From NCBI GenBank assembly GCA_044238415.1, contig JBIIDJ010000002.1, positions 5,669 to 69,668 of the forward strand: a stretch of 64,000 bases of DNA, in the 5' to 3' direction. Made by a program: the position numbers and the translations under genes. Under the pieces are notes generated by a model that was not told where the DNA came from, ran no database searches, and was given only the letters and a program-made list of their open reading frames with translations. The stretch's first letter is position 1. The number at the start of each line of letters is the position of its first letter. Origin of the DNA: Novosphingobium sp. GTDB taxonomy: Bacteria; Pseudomonadota; Alphaproteobacteria; Sphingomonadales; Sphingomonadaceae. This document shows positions 1-10,919 of the stretch, in pieces.

Positions 1-645
1 GGCCGATATGCCATCGCTGCGGACATGGCCGCCGCTGACGGTCAGGCCGTAACCCTGGCCCGAAGTGCCAAGCGTAGCATCGGCGGACAGCGTATCGTTG
101 GCACCATATTCGATGCCCGCCCGCACGCCGTCGATCTGGGCGCTGGTCAAGGCGAGCACCCCGCCGATCGCGTCCGATCCCCAGACCACCGAGTTGGACC
201 CGCGCAGCAGCTCGATCTTGGCGATCCCGCCGGTCATCAGCGTGCCAAGGTCGAACCCGCCCGAGGGCGAGGCGACATCAGCCAGCCGCACCCCGTCCAG
301 CGTCACAGCCAATTGCTGCGAATTGGCGCCGCGGACGAACAGGCTGGTCTGGCTGCCGAGCGGGCCGGAGCGGGCCACGGCGACACCGGGCAGACGCTCC
401 AGCACGCGGGTCAGGTCCGGACCCTGCACCGCCGCGATCTCTTCGGCGCCGATCACGCTGATCGACTGACCGGTCTCACGGATCGGCTGGGAGGTGCCAG
501 ATGCGACAACGGTGATTCCGGCATCGTTGGGCCGGCTGCAGCAGACCGTGACCCGCTCCAGCTCGACCTCGTCGGGCCTGCTATCCTGCGCAACCGCCGG
601 AGCAGAAAGTACAAGTGAACAAGTAAGCAATAACAGATATTTCAC
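1..645 (-). CDS. TonB-dependent receptor, N-terminal part (BtuB-like; 3' end lies outside the window)
   Basis: The reverse frame is open to the window edge, so it has no stop and is absent from the ORF track. My translation is VKYLLLLTCSLVLSAPAVAQD...ITVVASGTSQPIRETGQSISVIGAEEI...RLPGV...SLFVRGANSQQLAVTLDGVRL...ELLRGSNSVVWGSDAIGGVL, i.e. signal peptide plus TonB-box/plug domain. GGAAGGA lies 6 nt before the GTG at 645; in-frame ATGs at 658-663 are alternatives. A cobalamin riboswitch sits directly upstream. Confidence 0.85.
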   Translation of the reverse strand, partial: MKYLLLLTCSLVLSAPAVAQDSRPDEVELERVTVCCSRPNDAGITVVASGTSQPIRETGQSISVIGAEEIAAVQGPDLTRVLERLPGVAVARSGPLGSQTSLFVRGANSQQLAVTLDGVRLADVASPSGGFDLGTLMTGGIAKIELLRGSNSVVWGSDAIGGVLALTSAQIDGVRAGIEYGANDTLSADATLGTSGQGYGLTVSGGHVRSDGISA

Positions 646-744
646 ACAGATTCCTTCCATCATGAACGAACTGCCGTTCATGGCGGAAGGGCCCGCACCA
701 GTGCGGGTCCTCTGCTGCATTCCGGTACACCCCGCCCGGCTGCG

Positions 745-915
745 GAACGACCGTCACTGGCAGGTCTCCTGGCTCCCGGATCAGCGCCTTACCCCGCCTT
801 CCCAGCCTGACGGCCAGTGGCATATCGAGGTTCGGCTCCCCGGTCACAGTTGCGGGGGCAGCGGGGGATTTGAACCCCCTTCCCTCTTAGGCCCGACCTT
901 CGCCGGACAACCGAT
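745..915 (-). promoter_or_regulatory. Cobalamin (B12) riboswitch
   Basis: The reverse strand reads AAGAGGGAAGGGGGTTCAAATCCCCCGCTGCCCCCGCAACTGTGACCGGGGAGCC...ATGCCACTGGCC...GGGAAGGCGGGG...GAGCCAGGAGACCTGCCAGTGACGG. The B12 box AGCCAGGAGACCTGCC is at 759-774, and the GCCACTG and GGGAAGGC core elements are in canonical order. Further hairpins (CCCGCA/TGCGGG, GAACG/CGTTC) lie between the aptamer and the receptor start. Boundaries are approximate. Confidence 0.9.
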
Positions 916-1088
916 GACGTGGCGCCGCCTTAAGCCCGCATTCTGACCAAGGCAAGCTTCCGGCTTTTCTTAACCGCTTAACGCTAAGGCCGGAGTTCGT
1001 CCCGCTTCGGCACGGCGCGAAAGGCGCGGTGGCGCGATGGGGCGGCCCGGGCTTACGCGCGGGAGCGCGTACCGCAACTGGAAGGCCA

Positions 1089-2240
1089 ATGATCCCGATC
1101 CCGCCCGTCAAGCTTGAGCAGAAGCCGCGCGATTTCGCCGCGCGGTTCAAGCGGCGGCGCGTGCCGACCCTGGCCGAGCGGATGCGGCGGCGGCATCGCG
1201 GGCGGCGGGCGCTGGTCCTGTTGGCGGCCTTTGCCGTGCCGGCTTTTGCCGCGCCCAGCGACTGGTCGGACTTTGCGATCGGCAATGCCGGCGCGGTCGA
1301 TGTCACGATTGAACCGATGCCCTATGAGCGCGCGGGCGACAGCTTCCCGGGCTCGGCCTTTTACTACCTTGCTCCCGATGAGGAGCTGCCACCGCTGGTG
1401 CCGGATCTGCAGAGCGATGCCGATGGCGGGCGGATCTTCATTGATGAGCGCGCCGGGCCGATTGCGCGGGCCATGCGGGTTGACAATTCGGGGGTCGACC
1501 GCAGCCGCGCGCTGCAGTGCCTGGCCGCCGCAGTCTATTACGAAGCGCGCAGCGAAAGCGACGTGGGCCAGCGGGCCGTGGCGCAGGTGGTGCTGAACCG
1601 CGTGGCCCATCCCAGCTATCCCAATACGGTCTGCGGCGTGGTCTATCAGGGTTCCGAGCGGACCACCGGCTGCCAGTTCAGCTTCACCTGCGATGGCTCG
1701 CTGGCCAAGGCGCCCAACCGGATGTTCTGGCTGCGCGCGGAAAATGTCGCCCGCGCGGCCCTGGCTGGCTATGTCGAACGCAGCGTCGGCCTCGCCACGC
1801 ATTACCACACCATCGCGATCTATCCCTACTGGGCACCCAGCCTGCGCCACATCATCACGGTCGGCGCGCACCGCTTTTATCGCTTCAACGGCCGAGCCGG
1901 GGAACCGGCCACGTTCCGCTTCGCCTATGCCGGCGGCGAGCCGCTGGCCGGGCCGCATGCGCGCAATGCCGCAGCAGACCGGGTGGCCGATCCGGTGCTC
2001 GATCCGCTGGCTCTGCAGCGTGCCTATGATGCCGGGCTCAAGTCGGCCCAGTCCGGTACCCTCGCTCCCATCGGAGGTGGGCAAGGCCCGGCCCGCCCGG
2101 CCCCGCCGCCCAGCTATGCGAGTGAAGTCCAGAACCGCGGCGGGGAAGCACTCTATCGCGGCGACCGCCTGCCGCAGGACACCGGCGTGCGACCCGAGTA
2201 CCAGAACTCGGGCAAATGGATCGCCCAGCCGGGCACCTGA
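1089..2240 (+). CDS. Cell wall hydrolase, SleB-domain family
   Basis: Track ORF 1029..2240. It carries the motif block ALQCLAAAVYYEARSESDVGQRAVAQVVLNRVAHPSYPNTVCGVVYQGSERTTGCQFSFTCDGS, typical of the SleB/Hydrolase_2 domain. The N-terminal hydrophobic stretch ALVLLAAFAVPAFAAP is present. ATG 1089 is preceded by GGAAGG; the start is uncertain (GTG 1029 possible). Confidence 0.8.
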   Translation: MIPIPPVKLEQKPRDFAARFKRRRVPTLAERMRRRHRGRRALVLLAAFAVPAFAAPSDWSDFAIGNAGAVDVTIEPMPYERAGDSFPGSAFYYLAPDEELPPLVPDLQSDADGGRIFIDERAGPIARAMRVDNSGVDRSRALQCLAAAVYYEARSESDVGQRAVAQVVLNRVAHPSYPNTVCGVVYQGSERTTGCQFSFTCDGSLAKAPNRMFWLRAENVARAALAGYVERSVGLATHYHTIAIYPYWAPSLRHIITVGAHRFYRFNGRAGEPATFRFAYAGGEPLAGPHARNAAADRVADPVLDPLALQRAYDAGLKSAQSGTLAPIGGGQGPARPAPPPSYASEVQNRGGEALYRGDRLPQDTGVRPEYQNSGKWIAQPGT

Positions 2241-2347
2241 GTTCATGCGGAGTGCCATGGTTAAGCCGTGGCAACCATAGTGCCACACGAACCCTTAGCG
2301 CCGCCCGGTTAGAGCATGGGTCCGATCAGACCAACCGTGCAGGCCCC

Positions 2348-2656
2348 ATGACCATTCACTTCGCCGCCGCCAAATCCCCGCTGACCCGCGTGATTGCCCG
2401 GCGCGGCTCGGCACGGATCGCCGGGCGGGCTGCCAATGACAACGGGTTTGTCGGCCATTCGGGCGAACTGCGCGCCGCGCTCCGGCATTTTGCCGAACAT
2501 GGCCTGGGCGCTGCCGAGGTCGCACAGCAGAACGCCGAGCGCGCCTTCTTCGCCGGTGACCGCACCGCCTATCTCCATTGGCTGACCATCTGCCGCACGC
2601 TGGACCGCCGCCTGGCTGGCGCGCTCGCGGCACGGATCGAGCCGGGCAACGATTGA
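2348..2656 (+). CDS. Hypothetical protein (about 102 aa)
   Basis: Inner ATG of track ORF 2216..2656 (MTIHFAAAKSPLTRVIARRG...). Codon usage matches the neighbouring genes. No family recognised. Confidence 0.45.
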   Translation: MTIHFAAAKSPLTRVIARRGSARIAGRAANDNGFVGHSGELRAALRHFAEHGLGAAEVAQQNAERAFFAGDRTAYLHWLTICRTLDRRLAGALAARIEPGND

Positions 2657-2756
2657 AAAGACCGGGCAAGGTAAGGCCGGATTAACCATTCGGTGACCTC
2701 TTTGCGCTAGGTCGCACGGGTTAAGAAGGGATCCGGCCATAAGGCGATGGCGAACC

Positions 2757-4682
2757 TTGCTGCGGGTGCTGTTTCGCACCAATGCCATTGACGACCGGGT
2801 CCGCAGGACGCTGGTCGATAACCTGTACGCCAATCCCGGCTCGCTGACCGCCGGGGCTGCCAATGGCATTATCGCCGCGCTGATCGCCGCTTCCTATGCC
2901 GGCAATCCGCTGATTACCAAGGTTGCGATCCTGCTCTCCGTGATCGGTGTGGTCCGCGTCGCCATGGCCTATGGCCTGCCGCGGTTGCAGGTGCGCGATA
3001 CCGGCCGGCTGGAGCTGTTCTACGAGCTCGGCGCCTTTTCCTACACCTCGGTAGTGGGCGTCTTTACGGCGCTGACGATCTGGTATGAAATTCCGCTGAT
3101 CGCCCAGATGCTGATGGCCTGCTACGCGATCGGATATGCCGGCGGCATGGCCGCGCGCAATGCCGGGCGGCCGCTGATTTCCGTGGCCGGCATGCTGCTC
3201 ACCTTCACGCCGATTTGCATCGCGCTGTGGTCCACCGGCGATCTCGCCGCCCAGGCCCTGGCGGTTGCGATCCTGATCTGCTTCCTGGGCATGCTCAATA
3301 TCTCGATGCAGATCTTCCGCACCCTGCGCGATTCGATTGCCTCGGCCGAAACCAGCGCGCGCCTCGCCGAAAAGATGCAGCATCTGGCCCGCACCGACGT
3401 GGTCACCGGCCTGCACAACCGCGCTGGCCTCAATCACTACCTGGTCGAACACCTCTCCCACCGGCGCGGCGATGCCAAGCTGGCGCTGTTCTGGTTTGAC
3501 CTTGACCGCTTCAAGGAAGTCAACGACGCGCTGGGCCACCAGGTGGGCGACCGCGTGCTGAACGAAGTGGCCCAGCGCCTGCGCAGCCAGGCCAAGAAGG
3601 ATTCGGTGATCGGCCGTTTTGGCGGTGATGAGTTCATCCTCGCCTGCGACGTGCGCGACCGGCGCGAGGTGGAAACCATTGCGCTGGCCTTGCTGGGCGA
3701 GGTTACCCGGCCAATGCGGCTGGACGAGGACCGGCTGGAAATTTCCTGCTCGATGGGCGTGGCCATGCTGCCCGATGACGGAACAGACCTGGAAAGCGTG
3801 ATGCAGGGGGCCGACCTCGCGCTCTATCATGCCAAGGTCAATGGCCGGAACCAGGTCAGCTTCTACGATTCCTCGATGAGCCGCGACCTGGTGCGCCGGC
3901 GCGAGATTGAGGCGGAGCTGCGCGTGGCGCTGCAACGCGATGAGCTGTCGATCTTCTTCCAACCGATCGTCGATCTCGAAAGCGGGCGGATCAAGGCCTT
4001 CGAGGCACTGGTCCGCTGGTTCCACCCCGAAAAGGGCGAACTGCGCCCCGACGAATTCATTCCGGTGGCCGAGGAAACCGGCGCGATCATCACCCTCGGC
4101 AACTGGATCACGGCCCAGGCGGCCAAGGCTGCGGCCAACTGGCCAGATGACGTGACCGTTGCGGTCAACCTCTCGCCGCTGCAGATCAAGGCGCCGGGCG
4201 CGGCGCTGGGTATCCTCAATGCCCTGCGCGAGGCCCGCCTGCCGCCCGAACGGCTCGAACTGGAAATTACCGAGACAGTCCTGCTCGACCATTCGCAGCA
4301 GACCGAGGACTTCATGGCCGAACTGTCGGCCGCCGGGGTGCGCTTTGCGCTCGACGATTTTGGCACCGGCTATTCCTCGCTCGGCTATCTCAGCAAGTAT
4401 CCGTTCGGGAAGATCAAGGTCGACCGCAGCTTCGTTTCCGGGATCCACACCGGCAAGAAGAGCGACGCGATCATCCGCGCCGTTTCATCGATGGCCTCGA
4501 CGCTTGACATGGCAATCGTTGCCGAAGGGCTCGAAACGGTCGAACAGGTCGAAGCTGTGCGCGCGGCCGGTTGTACCCTGGGCCAGGGCTATTACTTCAG
4601 CCGCGCCGTACCCGATTACCTTGCCGGGATGCTGCTGGCACAGGAACGCGAGCGGCTCGAACCGAAGCGCGCCGCAGGGTAA
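2757..4682 (+). CDS. Membrane-anchored GGDEF/EAL protein (diguanylate cyclase/phosphodiesterase)
   Basis: The N-terminal ~190 aa is polytopic and hydrophobic. This is followed by an intact GGDEF (RFGGDEFILA), then EAL-domain motifs (FEALVRW, DDFGTGYSSL, KIKVDRSF). The TTG start at 2757 is uncertain. Confidence 0.9.
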   Translation: MLRVLFRTNAIDDRVRRTLVDNLYANPGSLTAGAANGIIAALIAASYAGNPLITKVAILLSVIGVVRVAMAYGLPRLQVRDTGRLELFYELGAFSYTSVVGVFTALTIWYEIPLIAQMLMACYAIGYAGGMAARNAGRPLISVAGMLLTFTPICIALWSTGDLAAQALAVAILICFLGMLNISMQIFRTLRDSIASAETSARLAEKMQHLARTDVVTGLHNRAGLNHYLVEHLSHRRGDAKLALFWFDLDRFKEVNDALGHQVGDRVLNEVAQRLRSQAKKDSVIGRFGGDEFILACDVRDRREVETIALALLGEVTRPMRLDEDRLEISCSMGVAMLPDDGTDLESVMQGADLALYHAKVNGRNQVSFYDSSMSRDLVRRREIEAELRVALQRDELSIFFQPIVDLESGRIKAFEALVRWFHPEKGELRPDEFIPVAEETGAIITLGNWITAQAAKAAANWPDDVTVAVNLSPLQIKAPGAALGILNALREARLPPERLELEITETVLLDHSQQTEDFMAELSAAGVRFALDDFGTGYSSLGYLSKYPFGKIKVDRSFVSGIHTGKKSDAIIRAVSSMASTLDMAIVAEGLETVEQVEAVRAAGCTLGQGYYFSRAVPDYLAGMLLAQERERLEPKRAAG

Positions 4683-4821
4683 ACCCTGCCGAACGGGTGG
4701 ACTTTTGCTATTGCGAACTATTTGCAAAGATAGTTGGCGCTTACAACCCTTTCCTGCCTTGCAATCACCAATTCACCGGCTTAGGGCACCCCTAACCCGC
4801 CGGTCGGCCCCTTGCGCCTAG

Positions 4822-5853
<1,032 letters not shown>

Positions 5854-5879
5854 GAACAACTCCCCGGGAGAGCTGAACA

Positions 5880-6770
5880 ATGTCGATCCTCATCAACAAG
5901 CACACCAAGGTCATCACCCAGGGGATGACCGGTGCCACCGGTACCTTCCACACCGAACAGGCGCTGGCTTACGGCACGCAGATGGTTGCGGGCGTGACCC
6001 CCGGCAAGGGCGGCACGACCCACATCGGCCTGCCGCAGTTTGACACCGTCCACGAAGCCAAGGCTGCGACCGGCGCGACCGCCTCGTGCATCTATGTTCC
6101 GCCGCCGGGCGCGGCCGACGCGATCCTGGAAGCGATCGACGCCGAGATGGAACTGATCGTCTGCATCACCGAAGGCATTCCGGTGCTCGACATGGTCAAG
6201 GTGAAGCGTGCCCTGTCGGGGTCCAAGTCGCGCCTGATCGGCCCGAACTGCCCCGGCGTGCTGACCCCGAATGAGTGCAAGATCGGCATCATGCCGGGCT
6301 CGATCTTCAAGCAGGGTTCGGTCGGCGTGGTCAGCCGTTCGGGCACGCTGACCTATGAAGCCGTGTTCCAGACCACCAACATCGGCCTGGGCCAGACCAC
6401 TGCCGTCGGCATCGGCGGTGACCCGGTCAACGGCACCAACTTCATCGACGTGCTGGAGCTGTTCCTGGCCGACGACGAGACCAAGTCGATCATCATGATT
6501 GGCGAAATTGGCGGCGATGCCGAAGAGCAGGCTGCCCAGTTCCTGATCGACGAGGCCAAGCGCGGCCGCAAGAAGCCGATGGCTGGCTTCATCGCCGGGC
6601 GCACGGCCCCTCCGGGCCGCCGCATGGGCCACGCCGGGGCCATCGTCTCGGGCGGCAAGGGCGATGCGGAAAGCAAGATCGCGGCGATGGAAGCTGCCGG
6701 CATCCGCGTTTCGAACTCGCCCAGCCTGCTCGGCGAAACGCTCGCCGAAGTGCTCAAGGAACGCGTCTGA
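5880..6770 (+). CDS. sucD: Succinate-CoA ligase (ADP-forming) alpha subunit
   Basis: [33 protein letters not shown]..., SRSGTLTYE, and the GHAGAI phosphohistidine loop. GGGAGA SD upstream. Confidence 0.95.
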   Translation: MSILINKHTKVITQGMTGATGTFHTEQALAYGTQMVAGVTPGKGGTTHIGLPQFDTVHEAKAATGATASCIYVPPPGAADAILEAIDAEMELIVCITEGIPVLDMVKVKRALSGSKSRLIGPNCPGVLTPNECKIGIMPGSIFKQGSVGVVSRSGTLTYEAVFQTTNIGLGQTTAVGIGGDPVNGTNFIDVLELFLADDETKSIIMIGEIGGDAEEQAAQFLIDEAKRGRKKPMAGFIAGRTAPPGRRMGHAGAIVSGGKGDAESKIAAMEAAGIRVSNSPSLLGETLAEVLKERV

Positions 6771-6835
6771 CCTGATCAGCCGCCTGCATCGCCATGGCTG
6801 TGCGGGCGGCTTGTCCTCCCCGGGATCAAGCTCAC

Positions 6836-9664
6836 ATGGGTAACGAACTCCACGATTTCCTCCCCGACGACCCGCAGCCGGGCCCGTCGTGGGCGCGGCC
6901 GGACTGGCGCTCTGCGTCGGACGACCTGACCGCCGCACTCGATCCCACCCAGATGCAGGTGGCGATCAAGGCCGCCGCAGCGAAAGCCGGGGCCGCGATG
7001 GACCCGCGCGCGATCGAAGAAGCGGCCGCGGATTCGATCCGGGCAATGATGCTGGTGCGCACCTACCGGGTGCGTGGCCACCTGGGGGCGGACCTCGACC
7101 CGCTGGGCCTCAGCCACCAGAGCCTGCCGGCCGACCTCGATCCTGCCTACCACGGCTTTTCTGGCGCAGCGCTGGATCGCAAGGTTTACCTCGGCGGCAC
7201 GCTCGGCCTCGAATGGGCGACGGTGCGCGAACTGGTCGAGATCCTGAAGCGCAATTACTGCGGCAAGGTCGGCTATGAATACATGCACATCGCCGACGTG
7301 GAGGAGCGCCGCTTCATCCAGGAACGGATTGAGGGCGGTGACAAGTCGATCGACTTCAGCCCCGAAGGCAAGAAGGCGATCCTCGGTGCGGTGATCCGCG
7401 GCGAACAGTATGAGCGCTTCCTCGGCAAGAAGTACGTCGGCACCAAGCGCTTTGGCCTTGATGGCGGCGAAGCGATGATCCCAGCGCTCGAAGCCGTGAT
7501 CAAGTATGGCGGCAGCCGCGGCGTGCGCGAGATCGTTTACGGCATGGCCCACCGCGGCCGGCTCAACGTCCTCGCCAATGTGATGGCCAAGCCCTACCGC
7601 GTGATCTTCCATGAATTCTCGGGCGGCACCGCCAACCCCGAGGATGTCGGCGGATCGGGCGATGTGAAGTATCACCTGGGTACCAGCACCGACCGCGAGT
7701 TTGACGGGATCAAGGTGCACATGAGCCTGGTTCCCAACCCCAGCCACCTGGAAACGGTGGACCCGGTGGTGCTCGGCAAGGTCCGCGCCCAGCAGGCCTT
7801 CCGCGACGACATCGGCCGGGACGAGCACGGCAACCTGAAGCACAAGCAGGTGCTCCCCGTCCTGATCCACGGCGACGCGGCCTTTGCCGGCCAGGGCATC
7901 GTCTGGGAATGCTTCGGCTTCTCGGGGGTGAAGGGCTACAACACCGGCGGCTGCATCCACTTCATCATCAACAACCAGATCGGCTTCACCACCAGCCCGC
8001 AGTTCTCGCGCGGCTCGCCCTACCCGTCGGACGTGGCCAAGGGGGTTCAGGCGCCGATCCTGCATGTCAACGGCGATGATCCCGAAGCCGTGACCTTCGC
8101 CTGCAAGCTGGCGATCGACTATCGCCAGACCTTCGGCCGCGACATCGTGGTCGACATGTGGTGCTATCGCCGCTTCGGCCATAACGAAGGCGACGAGCCG
8201 GGCTTTACCCAGCCGCTGATGTACCAGAAGATCCGCCAGCATCCGGGCGTCAGCGCAATCTACGCCGGCCGCCTGATCGAACAGGGCGTGATCGACAAGG
8301 ACTGGGCGGGCGAAACCGAAATGCGCTTCACCCAGGTGCTTGAACAGGAGTTCGAAGCAGCCAAGGGTTACAAGGCGAACGAGGCAGACTGGTTCGCCGG
8401 GCGCTGGACCGGGCTCAACAAGCCGGCCGACCCCGAAACCGCGCGCCGCAACGTCGCGACCGGGATCGAGCAGAAGCTGTTTGACAGTCTGGGCCGCACG
8501 CTGACCACCGTCCCCGAAGGCCTGACCATCCACAAGACGCTGGCCCGCGTGCTTGATGCCAAGCGCGAGATGTTCACCACCGGCCAGGGGTTCGACTGGG
8601 CTACTGGCGAAGCGCTGGCTTTCGGCAGCCTCGCCTCGGAAGGCTACAACATCCGCCTCTCGGGCCAGGATTCGGGCCGCGGCACTTTCAGCCAGCGCCA
8701 CGCGGTGTGGGTCGACCAGACTGCCGAGCACAAGTACGTGCCGCTTTCGACCGTGCCGCACGGCAAGTTCGAAGTGCATGACAGCCCGCTCAGCGAATAT
8801 GGCGTGCTCGGCTTCGAATATGGCTATGCCAGCGCAGACCCGAAAACGCTGGTGCTATGGGAAGCGCAGTTTGGCGATTTCGCAAACGGCGCGCAGATCA
8901 TGATCGACCAGTATGTCGCTTCGTCGGAATCGAAGTGGCTGCGCGCCAACGGCCTCGTCATGCTGCTGCCACATGGTTACGAAGGCCAGGGTCCGGAACA
9001 CTCCTCGGCCCGGCTGGAACGGTTCCTGCAGCTCTGTGCGCAGGACAATATCCAGGTCTGCAATATCACCACCCCGGCCAATTACTTCCATGTGCTGCGC
9101 CGGCAGATGCACCGTCCGTTCCGCAAGCCGCTGGTGATCATGACGCCCAAGTCGCTGCTGCGGCACCCGCTGGCCAAGAGCCAGGCTTCGGACTTCATCG
9201 GCGAGGGGCACTTCATGCGCATCCTCTCCGACATCAAAGGGGCCGAAGATGCGAAGACCCGCAAGGTCATCCTGTGTTCCGGCAAGGTTGCCTATGACCT
9301 GATGGAAGCGCGCGACGCCGCCGGGATCACCGATACCCAGATCATCCGCCTCGAACAGCTCTATCCCTTCCCGGGCGAGCCGCTGGCGCTGCGCCTGTCG
9401 CGGATGAAGAACCTGGAAGAAGTGGTCTGGTGCCAGGAAGAGCCAAAGAACAATGGCTCGTGGTTCTTCGTCGAACCGCTGATCGAGGAAGCCCTGGCCG
9501 CCGCCAAGAGCAAGGTGGCCCGCGCCCGCTATGCCGGACGCGCCGCCAGCGCCTCGCCCGCCACGGGCCTGGCCAGCCGCCATGCCAGCGAACAGGGTGC
9601 CCTGATCGGCCACGCGCTGGGCACCTCGGTCCGTTCCGAAATCCGCCGGCAGAAGAAAGCCTGA
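6836..9664 (+). CDS. sucA: 2-oxoglutarate dehydrogenase E1 component
   Basis: About 940 aa with typical SucA blocks (YRVRGH, GMAHRGRLNVL, HGDAAFAGQG, RRFGHNEGDEP, LLPHGYEGQGPEHSS). Start chosen at MGNELHDF; ATG 6794 is the alternative. Confidence 0.95.
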   Translation: MGNELHDFLPDDPQPGPSWARPDWRSASDDLTAALDPTQMQVAIKAAAAKAGAAMDPRAIEEAAADSIRAMMLVRTYRVRGHLGADLDPLGLSHQSLPADLDPAYHGFSGAALDRKVYLGGTLGLEWATVRELVEILKRNYCGKVGYEYMHIADVEERRFIQERIEGGDKSIDFSPEGKKAILGAVIRGEQYERFLGKKYVGTKRFGLDGGEAMIPALEAVIKYGGSRGVREIVYGMAHRGRLNVLANVMAKPYRVIFHEFSGGTANPEDVGGSGDVKYHLGTSTDREFDGIKVHMSLVPNPSHLETVDPVVLGKVRAQQAFRDDIGRDEHGNLKHKQVLPVLIHGDAAFAGQGIVWECFGFSGVKGYNTGGCIHFIINNQIGFTTSPQFSRGSPYPSDVAKGVQAPILHVNGDDPEAVTFACKLAIDYRQTFGRDIVVDMWCYRRFGHNEGDEPGFTQPLMYQKIRQHPGVSAIYAGRLIEQGVIDKDWAGETEMRFTQVLEQEFEAAKGYKANEADWFAGRWTGLNKPADPETARRNVATGIEQKLFDSLGRTLTTVPEGLTIHKTLARVLDAKREMFTTGQGFDWATGEALAFGSLASEGYNIRLSGQDSGRGTFSQRHAVWVDQTAEHKYVPLSTVPHGKFEVHDSPLSEYGVLGFEYGYASADPKTLVLWEAQFGDFANGAQIMIDQYVASSESKWLRANGLVMLLPHGYEGQGPEHSSARLERFLQLCAQDNIQVCNITTPANYFHVLRRQMHRPFRKPLVIMTPKSLLRHPLAKSQASDFIGEGHFMRILSDIKGAEDAKTRKVILCSGKVAYDLMEARDAAGITDTQIIRLEQLYPFPGEPLALRLSRMKNLEEVVWCQEEPKNNGSWFFVEPLIEEALAAAKSKVARARYAGRAASASPATGLASRHASEQGALIGHALGTSVRSEIRRQKKA

Positions 9665-9676
9665 GGAAACAGTATC

Positions 9677-10909
9677 ATGTCTACTGAAGTCAAAGTTCCC
9701 ACCCTGGGCGAATCCGTGGCCGAGGCCACCATCGGCGAATGGCTGAAGAAGCCCGGTGAAGCAGTTGCGCTCGACGAGCCGATCGCCAGCCTCGAGACCG
9801 ACAAGGTCGCAGTCGAGGTGCCCAGCCCGGTGGCTGGCGTGATGGGCAATTACCTGGCCCAGGTGGGTGACAATGTGGCCGTTGGCGCCGTGATCGCCAC
9901 GATCGAGGCTGGCAGCGGCGCGGCTGCTGCCCCGGCCCCGGCTGCCACGCCCGCCGCTCCTCCAGCCGCCACCCCTGCCTCCGCGCCCGCCGCAGCCCCG
10001 GCCGTCAGCGCCGATGCAGCGGCCGTGCTCTCCCCGGCCGTGCGCCGCGCCGTGCTGGAGCACGGGGTCGATCCGACCGCGATCAGAGGCACCGGCAAGG
10101 ACGGCCGCCTGACCAAGGAAGACGTTCTCGCCGCTGCCGCTGCCAAGACGGCCGCGCCCGCTGCGGCCGCTGCTGTTGCGGCCCCGGCTACTCCGGCACC
10201 GACGGGCGATCGCGGCGAAGAGCGGGTCAAGATGACCCGCCTGCGCCAGACCGTCGCGCGCCGCCTGAAGGACGCGCAGGATACTGCCGCGCTGCTCACC
10301 ACCTTCAACGATTGCGACATGTCGGCGGTGATCGCCGCGCGTAACACCTACAAGGACGCCTTCGAAAAGAAGCACGGCGTGCGGCTGGGCTTCATGGGCT
10401 TCTTCGCCAAGGCCGCCTGCCTGGCGCTGAAGGACATTCCGGCGGTCAACGCCCGGATCGAGGGGGACGAGATCGTCTATCACCCCTATGTCGACATGTC
10501 GGTGGCGGTTTCAGCCCCCAATGGCCTGGTCGTGCCGGTGGTGCGCGATGTGCAGGACATGTCCTTCGCCCAGATCGAGAAGGCAATTGCCGACTACGGC
10601 AAGAAGGCCAAGGACGGCAGCCTGACCATGGCTGACATGACCGGCGGCACCTTCACCATCTCCAACGGCGGGGTGTTCGGTTCGCTGATGAGCACCCCGA
10701 TCATCAATCCGCCGCAATCGGCCGTGCTGGGCCTGCACCGGATCGAGGATCGCCCCGTGGTCCGCGACGGGCAGATCGTGATCCGCCCGATGATGTACCT
10801 GGCGCTGTCCTATGACCACCGTCTGATCGACGGGCGCGAGGCGGTGACTGCGCTGAAGATCATCAAGGAAGCGATCGAAGATCCCACCCGCCTGCTGATT
10901 GATCTGTAA
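9677..10909 (+). CDS. sucB: Dihydrolipoyllysine-residue succinyltransferase (E2 of the OGDH complex)
   Basis: Lipoyl domain ([14 protein letters not shown]), Ala/Pro-rich linkers, E3-binding domain, and catalytic C-terminus ([14 protein letters not shown]). GAGGAAA SD. Confidence 0.95.
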   Translation: MSTEVKVPTLGESVAEATIGEWLKKPGEAVALDEPIASLETDKVAVEVPSPVAGVMGNYLAQVGDNVAVGAVIATIEAGSGAAAAPAPAATPAAPPAATPASAPAAAPAVSADAAAVLSPAVRRAVLEHGVDPTAIRGTGKDGRLTKEDVLAAAAAKTAAPAAAAAVAAPATPAPTGDRGEERVKMTRLRQTVARRLKDAQDTAALLTTFNDCDMSAVIAARNTYKDAFEKKHGVRLGFMGFFAKAACLALKDIPAVNARIEGDEIVYHPYVDMSVAVSAPNGLVVPVVRDVQDMSFAQIEKAIADYGKKAKDGSLTMADMTGGTFTISNGGVFGSLMSTPIINPPQSAVLGLHRIEDRPVVRDGQIVIRPMMYLALSYDHRLIDGREAVTALKIIKEAIEDPTRLLIDL

Positions 10910-10919
10910 GGACCGGACC

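Noticed and set aside
25-618. Plus-strand ORFs 25..618 and 65..469 at the left edge.
   Set aside because: The minus strand over the same bases encodes a textbook TonB-dependent receptor signal peptide and plug domain behind a B12 riboswitch. The plus-strand translations are low complexity.
494-946. ORFs 494..946(+) and 581..847(-) spanning 660-920.
   Set aside because: This interval is a cobalamin riboswitch (B12 box and core motifs on the minus strand), so it is not coding.
970-982. TTAACCGCTTAAC in the btuB-like/sleB divergent region, considered as a CtrA box.
   Set aside because: The CtrA consensus is TTAA-N7-TTAA, and here the spacing is N5. A nearby TTAA-N7-TTCT is only a half match.
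6776-8779. Very long ORFs antisense to or overlapping clear genes. Examples are 6776..8779(-) opposite sucA, 1053..2288(-) opposite the SleB gene, 2721..4448(-) opposite the GGDEF/EAL gene, 8855..10483(-), 42970..44331(+), 45874..47178(+), 47440..49353(+), 50853..52016(-), 52094..53860(-) and 24595..26409(+).
   Set aside because: In a ~65% GC genome stop codons are rare in non-coding frames. The translations are Arg/Ala/Gly/Pro-rich low-complexity strings with no recognisable motifs. In every case the opposite or overlapping frame encodes a full-length, motif-rich homologue.
9930-10210. Repetitive GCC/GCG/CCG-rich DNA that looks like a tandem repeat.
   Set aside because: It encodes the Ala/Pro-rich flexible linkers between the lipoyl, E3-binding and catalytic domains of SucB, which is a normal feature of E2 proteins.
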